This document shows positions 55,895-64,000 of a stretch of 64,000 nucleotides of DNA, piece by piece. The stretch is from contig JADHSM010000007.1 in the NCBI GenBank assembly GCA_016776905.1, positions 73,438 to 137,437 of the forward strand, written 5' to 3'. A model generated the notes under the pieces. The model was given only the letters and a program-made list of their open reading frames with translations. It searched no databases and was not told the DNA's origin. The stretch is from Planctomycetota bacterium. Its GTDB lineage: Bacteria > Planctomycetota > UBA8108 > UBA1146. The translations under genes were made by a program, and so were the position numbers. Each line of letters begins with the position of its first letter. Position 1 is the first letter of the stretch.

Positions 55895-55936
55895 AGAAGG
55901 CCCGGTTTTGCATCTATGCACAACCGGGCCTTTTCT
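55895..55936. terminator. Strong hairpin between rplI and dnaB, possibly a terminator
   Basis: AGAAGGCCCGGTT...AACCGGGCCTTTT inverted repeat with an inner TGCA/TGCA pair. Confidence 0.7.
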
Positions 55937-56055
55937 GCTGCTTCTGAGATAAACTACCGGAGACCTGAGACTTTTGAAACCCTGCAAGTTTACGGTCCTA
56001 AGCCGCACTACAGGCATATTTAAAAAGCACGTCGGTGCATCCCGTGTTCAACTTC

Positions 56056-56523
56056 CTAAGATTCTGAGTCACCGTCTTCGTCAGCCTTCACGACCCAGAC
56101 CTTAATCCCCGTCTCCACCTCAGGGTGGATATTGACAGCAAGATTATAGATTCCAAGTTCCTTGATAGGCTTCTCGAGAACGATGGTATCGGGGTCAATC
56201 TCGATGCCGTCCGCAGTCATTTGCTCGCAAATATTTGCGGCAGTGACGGAACCGAACAAGTGACCTTCTTCTGTCGCACGAGCGATCAATGTGCAAGAAG
56301 CACCATTGATGGCTTCTGCCTGAGACTGGAGTCCGGCAAGCCGCTCAACTTCCTGTGTTTCAACACGCTTCTTTTGCGCTTCGATCCACTGAAGATTCGC
56401 TCTGCCCAATTCCACTCCCAGTCCTCTGGGAATCAGGAAGTTGCGAGCGTATCCCGACTTAACACTGACGACTTCTCCGAGTGATCCCAGATTAGCGACG
56501 TCTTTTGTTAGGAATAGTTTCAT
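56056..56523 (-). CDS. rplI: 50S ribosomal protein L9
   Basis: LG..GEVVSVKSGYARNFLIP, LFGSVT, PIKELG. Confidence 0.97.
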   Translation of the reverse strand: MKLFLTKDVANLGSLGEVVSVKSGYARNFLIPRGLGVELGRANLQWIEAQKKRVETQEVERLAGLQSQAEAINGASCTLIARATEEGHLFGSVTAANICEQMTADGIEIDPDTIVLEKPIKELGIYNLAVNIHPEVETGIKVWVVKADEDGDSES

Positions 56524-56543
56524 TGTTATTACTCCCTTCCCAA

Positions 56544-56750
56544 TTACTGACCGTAAGGAATCAAGCCCATGAATCGAGCGCGATGTACTGCGCGCTTGAT
56601 AATGTGCTGCATCTTTGAATTACAACCAATTTGGCGACGGGAGACCATTTTTCCATTGCCGGCAACCAGCCTCTGAAGAAGATCTACGTCTTTGTAGTCG
56701 ACGAACTCGCGGTCTGCGACCAACGACTTCTTTTCCTTGCGTCCAAACAT
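56544..56750 (-). CDS. rpsR: 30S ribosomal protein S18
   Basis: VDYKDVDLL, GKMVSRR..G, Q..IKRAV.RARFMGLIPY. Confidence 0.95.
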   Translation of the reverse strand: MFGRKEKKSLVADREFVDYKDVDLLQRLVAGNGKMVSRRQIGCNSKMQHIIKRAVHRARFMGLIPYGQ

Positions 56751-56772
56751 TCAATTTCTCATTTCAAAATTA

Positions 56773-57234
56773 TTAAAAGGGGACCTCGTCATTATAGGTC
56801 TCACCTTGAGGAAAACTGCTTCCACCGGCAGCGGGAGATGATTCGTTTCCGGAGGATTGCGATCCTTCACGACTATTTCCGGCGCCACCTGATGCTTGTC
56901 CACCGCGGGGCATGAAATTGACCCTGTCGGCAACAACTGTCAGCTTACTGCGATTTTTACCTGTTTCCTTGTCTTGCCACTGATCGGTCTTCAGGCGTCC
57001 TTCGATCAGCACCCCGCTCCCCTTAGAGAGGTATTGGTTACTGATCTCAGCCTGGCGTCCCCAAACAGTCACGTCCACAAAGGTGGTTTCTTCCTGGAAC
57101 TCTGAAGCTCCATCACGTTTATACTTACGATTCGAAGCGATTCCCAAATTACAGACAGCTGTACCACTAGGAATCATTCTCAACTCCGGATCTCGCGTAA
57201 GATTGCCGACGATGAATACTTTGTTGAATTCCAT
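56773..57234 (-). CDS. ssb: Single-stranded DNA-binding protein
   Basis: NKVFIVGNLTRDPELR, WGRQAE, IEGRL, C-terminal DEVPF. Confidence 0.97.
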   Translation of the reverse strand: MEFNKVFIVGNLTRDPELRMIPSGTAVCNLGIASNRKYKRDGASEFQEETTFVDVTVWGRQAEISNQYLSKGSGVLIEGRLKTDQWQDKETGKNRSKLTVVADRVNFMPRGGQASGGAGNSREGSQSSGNESSPAAGGSSFPQGETYNDEVPF

Positions 57235-57248
57235 AAAACCCTCCTTCT

Positions 57249-57845
57249 TTATCCTTTTTCTTCTTCACTTTCCGGGGCTGCATCTGCAGCCACGGTGTCC
57301 GCTTCAGCGGTTTCGGTTTCACCCGCTTCTTCAGCAACGGTCTCCGTCACTTCTTCAGAAACAGGCTCTGCTGCAACAGCTTCAGGCTCAGCTTCATTTG
57401 CTGATTCAGCTGCAGGAGCTTCCCCTTCTTCAGTCGAACTCGCGGATTCGGTCGTCTCGCTGGAAGCGGAGTCGCGTAGAGGAGCCGCTGAAGGATCTGG
57501 CTGTGCGGCACGACGATCAGCGATATCTTTACGACGCTTCATCTCTTCTTCCAAGAAATCTTCCTGGACAAAGAGTGATCGCATGATTTTTTCGTTGAGT
57601 TGTGCATCGGTTCGCATGCTCACGATCTTTTGAGTATCTGCCCGGAAATAAATGAGGAAATAGACTCCCCGTTTGGTTCCTTTGATCTCGTATGCCAGTC
57701 TTTGCTCTGGCCACTTTTCGCTATATTCGATAGCGCCGCCATGACCCTCGACAATGCCGATCATCATGCTTTCAAGTTCAGTCCAACCCTGAGATGCTAC
57801 AGAAGCATCGATGAGGAATAAGCCCTCATATAATCTTTCGGTCAA
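57249..57845 (-). CDS. rpsF: 30S ribosomal protein S6 with long acidic tail
   Basis: YEGLFL, W...RLAYEIK..G.Y. TTG start at 57845 after AAGGAG. rpsF-ssb-rpsR-rplI order. Confidence 0.92.
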   Translation of the reverse strand: MTERLYEGLFLIDASVASQGWTELESMMIGIVEGHGGAIEYSEKWPEQRLAYEIKGTKRGVYFLIYFRADTQKIVSMRTDAQLNEKIMRSLFVQEDFLEEEMKRRKDIADRRAAQPDPSAAPLRDSASSETTESASSTEEGEAPAAESANEAEPEAVAAEPVSEEVTETVAEEAGETETAEADTVAADAAPESEEEKG

Positions 57846-58016
57846 TGTGATCTCCTTTACAGATCTTGATTTGCGAAAAGCCCCCCCGTGACCAACAGGG
57901 AATCTATGCTGTTTCGCACCCAATTGTTGAGTTCGCCTACTCATATGGACCACGAGAGTGATGCAGAATCGTAAGCTCGTAAAGAAGTTCGACGAGCGGA
58001 AACCCGTGAAACTTCT

Positions 58017-58637
58017 TCAAATACCGGGAATATTCTCCTCCGGAAGCGGCCCATTGTAGCGAAGACCTGCATTCTTTACACCCTCAACCGCCCAGCAAAG
58101 TGCAGAATCTGCCGCTCTATGTATTGAGCGCTGTTGCAGTGCCCATTCGGCCTCTACGGGCTTTTCTAGTACGAAATCCTCTACCGTTTGCCCTTGAGAA
58201 GGTCGGCCTATTCCCATTCTGCACCGAGCGAAACGGTCGGAGCCGAGATTTTGGATCAGATCTTCGATGCCTCTGTGGCCTCCTGAAGATCCTCCCGGTC
58301 GCATACGTAGCATTCCGGGATCCAGATCAAGGTCATCCACAACCACCAATAGATCATCGATCGTTGCCCCGATCTTACGAAGATAACCCTTCACCGGAGG
58401 CCCGCTGCAATTCATGAACGACATGGGCTTGAGGAGATGGAGCTTGCGCCCCTTCCAACCTGCGGAGAAGGCTTCAAGGTCTGGCTGCGTAAATGGGTCA
58501 GGGGTTTTCAGCAGAGAGACAAGATTGTCAACGACTGAGAAGCCCAAATTATGGCGTGTGTCTATATAAGAATCTCCCGGATTGCCAAGGCCAACGATGA
58601 CTCGTGGGCGTGAGCGATCAGGGAGAGATCTTGCCAA
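58017..58637 (-). CDS. pth: Peptidyl-tRNA hydrolase
   Basis: VGLGNPG..Y..TRHNLGF, KPMSFMN.SG, DDLDL, GGHRG, GIGRP. Confidence 0.96.
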   Translation of the reverse strand: MARSLPDRSRPRVIVGLGNPGDSYIDTRHNLGFSVVDNLVSLLKTPDPFTQPDLEAFSAGWKGRKLHLLKPMSFMNCSGPPVKGYLRKIGATIDDLLVVVDDLDLDPGMLRMRPGGSSGGHRGIEDLIQNLGSDRFARCRMGIGRPSQGQTVEDFVLEKPVEAEWALQQRSIHRAADSALCWAVEGVKNAGLRYNGPLPEENIPGI

Positions 58638-58660
58638 AACAGAACCAGTTCCGTAAGAGT

Positions 58661-59218
58661 TTATCCGCCGCGTCGACCGTGACAGATGATGACCGGCGTA
58701 CCTTCAGAGAGAAGAAGTTCAACTCCCTCAGGCATGACCAGATCGCGTGCACGAATCGATTCGTTGGTCCCCATCGATTCGACGTTGATCGTCAGTGAAT
58801 CGCGAAGGTTTCCAATTTTGCCTCGCACGGGTACATGACGGTAAGCCATATCCATGACTCCCCCCCCTGTGACACCCTTTGCGATGCCGGAAGTCAGAAT
58901 CCGCATCGTTGTCGTGATTTCAGTATCGGCCGAAACACGAGCAAGGTCAGCATGGATGGCTTTATCGCCATAGATATCGTACTGAACTTCTTTGAGAATT
59001 CCTGATTCAACCTGTCCCTCAAACTTGATCTCGAAGAATCGATGATGATTCTCCAAAGCTTTAAAGAACTCACCAGCATTCACTGTGAGATTCATATTCG
59101 GCTTGTCTCCACCGTAAACGTTGAGGGGCATATGGCCCTCATCACGCAAACGACGTGTAGAACTAGATCCGGAACTAGTGGTATCGCGGGAGGATCCCTC
59201 CATCACGAACTTATCCAT
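58661..59218 (-). CDS. rplY: 50S ribosomal protein L25/Ctc
   Basis: RRLR..G.MP..VYG, KEVQYD, HADL, GV..GG. prs-rplY-pth synteny. Confidence 0.92.
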   Translation of the reverse strand: MDKFVMEGSSRDTTSSGSSSTRRLRDEGHMPLNVYGGDKPNMNLTVNAGEFFKALENHHRFFEIKFEGQVESGILKEVQYDIYGDKAIHADLARVSADTEITTTMRILTSGIAKGVTGGGVMDMAYRHVPVRGKIGNLRDSLTINVESMGTNESIRARDLVMPEGVELLLSEGTPVIICHGRRGG

Positions 59219-59253
59219 CTTGGGTCACCCTTCGGTTACACACCTAATTGGTA

Positions 59254-60198
59254 TCAAAGGCTATTACGGCCTATCGACGCAGATTTATGTATCTGGCGAA
59301 TGGCATTACCGAACGCCGCAGCGCACGACAGAATAGATACCCTATCACTGGAAATCTTTCCGTCCACCGGAATGGTGTCGACGAAAGCAAACTCCTGAGC
59401 GGGAGAGGCCAAAAGCCTTTCAACTGCAGGACCACATAAAACGGGGTGCGTACAGGCCAATATCACCGATTTGGCACCCTTATCGAGAATCAGACGAGCA
59501 GCAGCAGTAATTGAGCCCCCCGTCGCGATCACGTCATCTGCCAAAATAGCGTTCATTCCGGCCACGTCGCCGATGATGAAACCGATCTCGGTCTTTTCGC
59601 CACTGACACGCCTTTTGTCGACGGTCGCCAGTCGAGCCCCTAAGCCGCGGCTATAAGCTCTTGCCATTTTGATGGCACCCACGTCAGGACTGACCACGAC
59701 GAGGTCTTCAAATTGTTTTTTACGGAAGTGATCCACGATCACCGAACCGGCGTAAACGTGATCCACAGGAATATCGAAAAACCCCTGAATCTGTTCGCAG
59801 TGTAGATCCATAGTCACAACACGGTCAGCTCCAGCAGCGACAATCAAGTTCGCAACCATTTTTGCGGTGATGGGAACTCGCGCACCTTGTTCACGTCGGT
59901 CTTGACGCGCATATCCAAAGTAGGGAATCACTGCGGTGATTCGAGCGGCAGATGATCTTTTCACGCAATCGATCATCACCAGGAGTTCCATGAGGTTTTC
60001 GTTTACGGGAGGACAAGTGGATTGGACGATGAAGACATCCTTGCCTCGTACGTCTTCCCCTAACGAAACGGAAATTTCGCCATCAGGAAAACGAGTGACT
60101 TCAGCTCTTCCAGGCTCTAGACCCAAGTCGCTGCATATATCCGCGGCTAAAGTGTGATTCGAGTTACCGTGGAGTACTACCATCGTGTCGGAAAGCAT
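59254..60198 (-). CDS. prs: Ribose-phosphate pyrophosphokinase
   Basis: FPDGEI, VIPYFGYARQDR, DLH..QIQGFFDIPVD, VSPDVG, DKRR, DDVIATGGS. Confidence 0.97.
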   Translation of the reverse strand: MLSDTMVVLHGNSNHTLAADICSDLGLEPGRAEVTRFPDGEISVSLGEDVRGKDVFIVQSTCPPVNENLMELLVMIDCVKRSSAARITAVIPYFGYARQDRREQGARVPITAKMVANLIVAAGADRVVTMDLHCEQIQGFFDIPVDHVYAGSVIVDHFRKKQFEDLVVVSPDVGAIKMARAYSRGLGARLATVDKRRVSGEKTEIGFIIGDVAGMNAILADDVIATGGSITAAARLILDKGAKSVILACTHPVLCGPAVERLLASPAQEFAFVDTIPVDGKISSDRVSILSCAAAFGNAIRQIHKSASIGRNSL

Positions 60199-61547
60199 CA
60201 GGAACCTTTCTCGTCGTCACCATCCTCAGAGTTACTCTGAGATTTTTTCACCATCTTTTTAGCAGGAACACCAATAACAGTAGTTCCATCCTCGATCACT
60301 TTACCCGGAGGAACTACAGCTCCCGCTCCTATCGTTGCGTTCTTTCCTACATGACCCGGAGCCACAATGACAGAACCGCTACCGACAAAGGCACCCTCTT
60401 TTATGAGAGTGTGATGCTTGTTCACTCCATCGTAATTTGCAACAACAGCACCCGCGCCAATATTGGCATTCTCTTCGATCGTCGCATCGCCGAGGTACGC
60501 CAAATGTTTCGCTTTGGCACCATCTTTAAGTTGACTTCGATTGACCTCTACAAAGTCACCGATCACGACACCGTTTCCAAGAACGGATCCGGATCTGATA
60601 TGAGCGAAAGGTCCCACTTCACAATCAGTACCAATCTCGACCCCACGCCGAATCACGGTTTGAGGTTGAATCAGAGTATCCTGACCTATGGAGACATCCA
60701 TTTCTATCCAAGTGGTCAAAGGATCTACAATCGTGACTCCACGACTCATGTGATCGCGTTGTATTCTCTGCTGGATCTGCCGGGAAGCCTGAGCCAATTG
60801 CTGGCGGTCGTTCACCTGGGCGAATTCCTTGTCTACACAGCAATCATGAGTGCCTACGCCAAGATCTCGCTCCTTGAGAACCTCTACCAAACGAGTGAGG
60901 TAAGCCTCTTTTTCGGGATCTCCTGAAGACAAATCCTCTTCGACGAGAAAGCGCAGAGCCGGGAGAGTTTTCTTGTGATCCAATGCGTAAATCCCCAGAT
61001 TGACCTCATGGATTTCTTCGTCATCGGGAGCGCGCTCTTTTTGTTCGACGATGCCGTCAAATGCACCCTCCGAGCCCACCTCTGAGACCATCTCTGAGTC
61101 ACGGATAATTCTTCCCATTCCAAAGGGATCATTCAGGATCGAAGTCGCCACTGTGAACGTGTGATCAGAATTATTATGCGAAGAGACGATGCCCTGAAGA
61201 AGCTCCACGTCAAGATCAGGCAGATCACCATTCACGATCATGACGGTGTCAAAACGCGGAGGACTTTGATCCAAGGCTTCAAGAACGGCATGCCCTGTTC
61301 CCCGAGGTGGATCCTGAAGTGCGAGACGTATATCAGAACCGTCGAGATGAGCACGAATAGAATCGGCCCCGTGGCCCACGACGACAGTGATGTCGGCAGC
61401 CCCAGCAAGTCGCACCTGTCGAATCACATGATCCAACATCGGTAGCCCAAGTAGAGGATGAAGAACTTTGGGGAGCGAGGATCGCATTCGGGTTCCTCGA
61501 CCTGCTGCGAGGATAACAGCGGAAAACTGGTCCATGTCCGGATCCAT
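60198..61547 (-). CDS. glmU: Bifunctional UDP-GlcNAc pyrophosphorylase / glucosamine-1-phosphate acetyltransferase
   Basis: ILAAGRGTRMRS.LPKVLH, GTGHAV, VGPFAHIR, FVEV, HLAYLGDA, NYDG. Confidence 0.96.
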   Translation of the reverse strand: MDPDMDQFSAVILAAGRGTRMRSSLPKVLHPLLGLPMLDHVIRQVRLAGAADITVVVGHGADSIRAHLDGSDIRLALQDPPRGTGHAVLEALDQSPPRFDTVMIVNGDLPDLDVELLQGIVSSHNNSDHTFTVATSILNDPFGMGRIIRDSEMVSEVGSEGAFDGIVEQKERAPDDEEIHEVNLGIYALDHKKTLPALRFLVEEDLSSGDPEKEAYLTRLVEVLKERDLGVGTHDCCVDKEFAQVNDRQQLAQASRQIQQRIQRDHMSRGVTIVDPLTTWIEMDVSIGQDTLIQPQTVIRRGVEIGTDCEVGPFAHIRSGSVLGNGVVIGDFVEVNRSQLKDGAKAKHLAYLGDATIEENANIGAGAVVANYDGVNKHHTLIKEGAFVGSGSVIVAPGHVGKNATIGAGAVVPPGKVIEDGTTVIGVPAKKMVKKSQSNSEDGDDEKGS

Positions 61548-61582
61548 CCCTGTTTGCTGATCGACTCACCCGAAGAATTGAA

Positions 61583-61657
61583 TGGCTACCCGGCGAGGAC
61601 TCGAACCTCGAATGACTGGACCAAAACCAGTTGTGTTGCCAATTACACCACCGGGTA
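61583..61657 (-). tRNA. tRNA-Gln (TTG)
   Basis: TACCCGGTGGTGTAATTGGCAACAC, ACTGG-TT-TTG-GT-CCAGT, GGTTCGAGTCC, encoded CCA, U1-A72 pair. Confidence 0.95.
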
Positions 61658-61727
61658 GCGGAATTTTTGTTCTGAAGAAGGTCACCTTTTCTCAAACCGT
61701 CAAAGTCGCCGACCTCTTCTGGGTCAG

Positions 61728-61757
61728 ATTCTATCGTGGAACCCTCCGGAGCGTCAA
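61728..61757 (-). promoter_or_regulatory. Sigma70-type promoter upstream of tRNA-Gln/glmU
   Basis: TTGACG-18 bp-TAGAAT. Confidence 0.55.
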
Positions 61758-61788
61758 TCGGAGCGGAAAGATTCCTGCGAGATTGATT

Positions 61789-62400
61789 TCAAGCGGAGAT
61801 CACAGCCTTCATATGCCGGATCAGCAGAGAAGACCAACTCTCCCAGTTTTCATCGTCGGGACGGAGGTCCTTCAGCGAGACCCACTCACCGGTCATGCGG
61901 TCAGTTTCGACGATTCGAGGCTTATTCTTGGCTTTCACCCTGACCGCCCAGCCCAAATGAACTTGACCCACGGATGTTTGATCATCATTGATCCACCCCA
62001 GGACTTCGCAATCTTCGGGTTCAGGAATGAGACCGATTTCTTCTTCGAGTTCTCTCCGTAGCCCTTTCAATAAAAGGGGTAAAGAGCCCTCTTTCTCCGG
62101 GTTCACGTGCCCTCCGACGCCGATGGACTTCTTCCCGTGTAGTCGTTTCTCCCCTTGGGTCGCTAAACGTTGAAGGACCAAAATTTGTCCTTCAAACTCA
62201 ATGCAGACATAGGGAATCACCTGTTTCCAAGAGGGATCTTCCTCCGCTGCGGGGCGATCACGAAAAGAACCTTGGTTCTCAAGCCGAAGACAAGACGACA
62301 ATACGTCGGACGAATCGGCCAAAAACCCCTGAAAATCGCCGATCAGATCGATCATGTCCTGCCGAGGGATACCCCAAACTTGCTCTGGTTCCTGTGACAC
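61789..62400 (-). CDS. NUDIX-family phosphoesterase
   Basis: AEEDPSWKQVIPY, EKRLHGKKSIGVGGHVN, GLRRELEEEIG, VGQVHLG, ESWS. Confidence 0.85.
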   Translation of the reverse strand: MSQEPEQVWGIPRQDMIDLIGDFQGFLADSSDVLSSCLRLENQGSFRDRPAAEEDPSWKQVIPYVCIEFEGQILVLQRLATQGEKRLHGKKSIGVGGHVNPEKEGSLPLLLKGLRRELEEEIGLIPEPEDCEVLGWINDDQTSVGQVHLGWAVRVKAKNKPRIVETDRMTGEWVSLKDLRPDDENWESWSSLLIRHMKAVISA

Positions 62401-62552
62401 GGCCCACCTCTTTCATTGAAAAGTCGTTCCCTGAGAAATCTAATCCCCAGACACTCCAGATGCCAGAAGTGCCGCCAATTCGGACTCATAATGCTGTATG
62501 CTGATGTGAACCATTGGGCCCAAATCAGGGTTTTGAGAAGGAAATAGAAACT

Positions 62553-63641
62553 ATGCGGCTGCACGTTCCGTGGATCATGATTCTCATCGGGGGATTTTCT
62601 TTCCTATTTCTCACTCTAACAGGGTCGGATTCTCCGGTCAGAGCGAGTGTCGGTGCTGCTGCCATCATCGGAAGCACAGTAAATCCACTCGATACCACTC
62701 TCAATCCAGCCTCTTTTGACCTCGGTTCTGTCGGACATGGTCAAAAAGAACTGCTCAGCTTCGATTTGATCAACAATTCCGCTTCACCCTTGGAAATCAC
62801 GAATATTCGACCCAGCTGCGGCTGTATGAAAATGACGACCTCCACTCGATTCTCGATCGAACCGGGACAAAAGCAGGAAATCCGCTTCTCACTCTCTCTC
62901 GGAAGAGGTTGGGGAAATTTTTCCAAAAAGATCGATATCTACGGAGCTGAGAATCGGCGGCTTCATACTTTGCCCGTCAAAGCCATGTTCCACCCCGGAG
63001 TCCGCACCGACGCCATGGAACTCGTGTTTACCACCAGTAAAAAAGATGACATACCCACCGCGAAAACACGCCTCGTGTTCAGTGCTTCCGGAGGCCGGAC
63101 GTCCCCCGTTTTGACCGATTTAAAAAGCAGTGATTCCAGAATCTCTTTCCAACTCCCGCAACGAGATGACGCGACAGGGCAGACCACTCTTTCGGTTCAA
63201 GCGGCATCCAACTGGCCGACAGGTCGTTTTTCAGCCCAGATCACAGGTCTCTGCAACGGCTTGCCCTTTATTGTCCCAGTTCGAGGACAAGCGTTTGGCT
63301 TACTGGTTCATAAACCCCACTCATGGAACCTCCGACAAATACAAGTCTCCGGTTTTTCCCCAGAGACGTTGAGTCTGAAAAGAGCAGACGGATTGCCCTT
63401 CAAAATTCTCGATATGCGTCTGGAATGGACCCGAGAAATCGAAGGATTAGACATCTCTCTGTCCAATACACCCCAAAAAGATGGGTCTGTATTGATCAAA
63501 GCATTCGCTTCTGAGCCGATCCCTAGGATCAACAAAGGGTTCTTTGGTAACGTGATCATCACGACGAACATCCCGGAAGAGTCACGGGTTTCAATTCCGC
63601 TCATGGGAGTCGTCAGTCCTCAACGTAAGGGGCAACGGTGA
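62553..63641 (+). CDS. DUF1573-domain (Ig-like) exported protein
   Basis: N-terminal TM/signal, FDLGSV, F.LIN....PLEI..IRPSCGC, IEPG, FSKKI. Confidence 0.8.
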   Translation: MRLHVPWIMILIGGFSFLFLTLTGSDSPVRASVGAAAIIGSTVNPLDTTLNPASFDLGSVGHGQKELLSFDLINNSASPLEITNIRPSCGCMKMTTSTRFSIEPGQKQEIRFSLSLGRGWGNFSKKIDIYGAENRRLHTLPVKAMFHPGVRTDAMELVFTTSKKDDIPTAKTRLVFSASGGRTSPVLTDLKSSDSRISFQLPQRDDATGQTTLSVQAASNWPTGRFSAQITGLCNGLPFIVPVRGQAFGLLVHKPHSWNLRQIQVSGFSPETLSLKRADGLPFKILDMRLEWTREIEGLDISLSNTPQKDGSVLIKAFASEPIPRINKGFFGNVIITTNIPEESRVSIPLMGVVSPQRKGQR

Positions 63642-64000
63642 AAGTCAAAGATCTTGCCATAGCTATCGGCGGCACTGTTGAACTCGGGCCGATGGAAGAT
63701 GTACAGCAAGTACAATCTCCAGAGAGCGCACAACCCGGAGATCTGACTTGGATTGGCGATTCAAAATTTGCTCACCCAGCGATTCACGCAACAGCGCTCC
63801 TTCTCGGTGAAGATCAACCGATCCCTGAGCAATCGCATCATCAATCCGTGATTCGGCATCCTCACCCTCATGCGGCATTCGCGTTGTCTTTACAGACGCT
63901 GCAGCCCGACCCCGAACCCGAATGCTCTGGAATTTCTCCTGCAGCTCATGTGTCCGCAGAAGCAGATATTGCAGCAGATGTAAGTATCGGACCGGGGTGC
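63638..64000 (+). CDS. lpxD: UDP-3-O-acyl-glucosamine N-acyltransferase LpxD, 3'-truncated at window edge
   Basis: Not in the ORF track. GTG at 63638 overlaps the upstream TGA and translates as MKVKDLAIAIGG...AQPGDLTWI...HPHAAFA...GISPAAHV...VSIGPG, an LpxD N-domain plus the start of hexapeptide repeats. Confidence 0.8.
   Translation, partial: MKVKDLAIAIGGTVELGPMEDVQQVQSPESAQPGDLTWIGDSKFAHPAIHATALLLGEDQPIPEQSHHQSVIRHPHPHAAFALSLQTLQPDPEPECSGISPAAHVSAEADIAADVSIGPGC

Noticed and set aside
1-64000. CRISPR array, IS elements, recoding or defence systems
   Set aside because: The tandem repeats found are short, adjacent and spacer-less. No cas, transposase or defence motifs were seen, and the conserved genes read through under the standard code without internal stops.

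Overview
Core-genome window (about 50% GC) of a Gram-negative bacterium. It is most likely an uncultured Planctomycetota lineage, inferred from a planctomycete-type dockerin protein, a CRTAC1/ASPIC-UnbV plus TPR pair, a DUF1573 protein, an AroD-AroE fusion and eukaryote-type GlyRS. Housekeeping content: a peptide ABC transporter, rho, gltX, ribE, a complete mreB-mreC-mreD-mrdA-rodA elongasome operon, pgk, fadI/fadJ, glyQS, argS, mazG, a MoxR ATPase, a PrkA-like ATPase, gcdH, rpsB-tsf-pyrH-frr, lipid A genes (skp, lpxC-fabZ fusion, lpxA, a GnnA-like oxidoreductase, partial lpxD), dnaB, rpsF-ssb-rpsR-rplI, glmU-prs-rplY-pth and three tRNAs (Glu, Lys, Gln). No mobile elements, CRISPR arrays or rRNA were seen. 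The most interesting part is 17.5-21.8 kb, directly after the elongasome. It holds (1) a MamK-like actin translationally coupled to an unknown coiled-coil protein, behind a sigma54-type promoter with two palindromic enhancer-like boxes and with no magnetosome genes nearby; (2) a candidate ~170-nt sigma54-dependent small RNA whose pyrimidine-rich segment is partly complementary to the mamK-like ribosome-binding site; and (3) a secreted cohesin-like/dockerin protein between them. All calls come from reading motifs by eye; no searches or folding were run.
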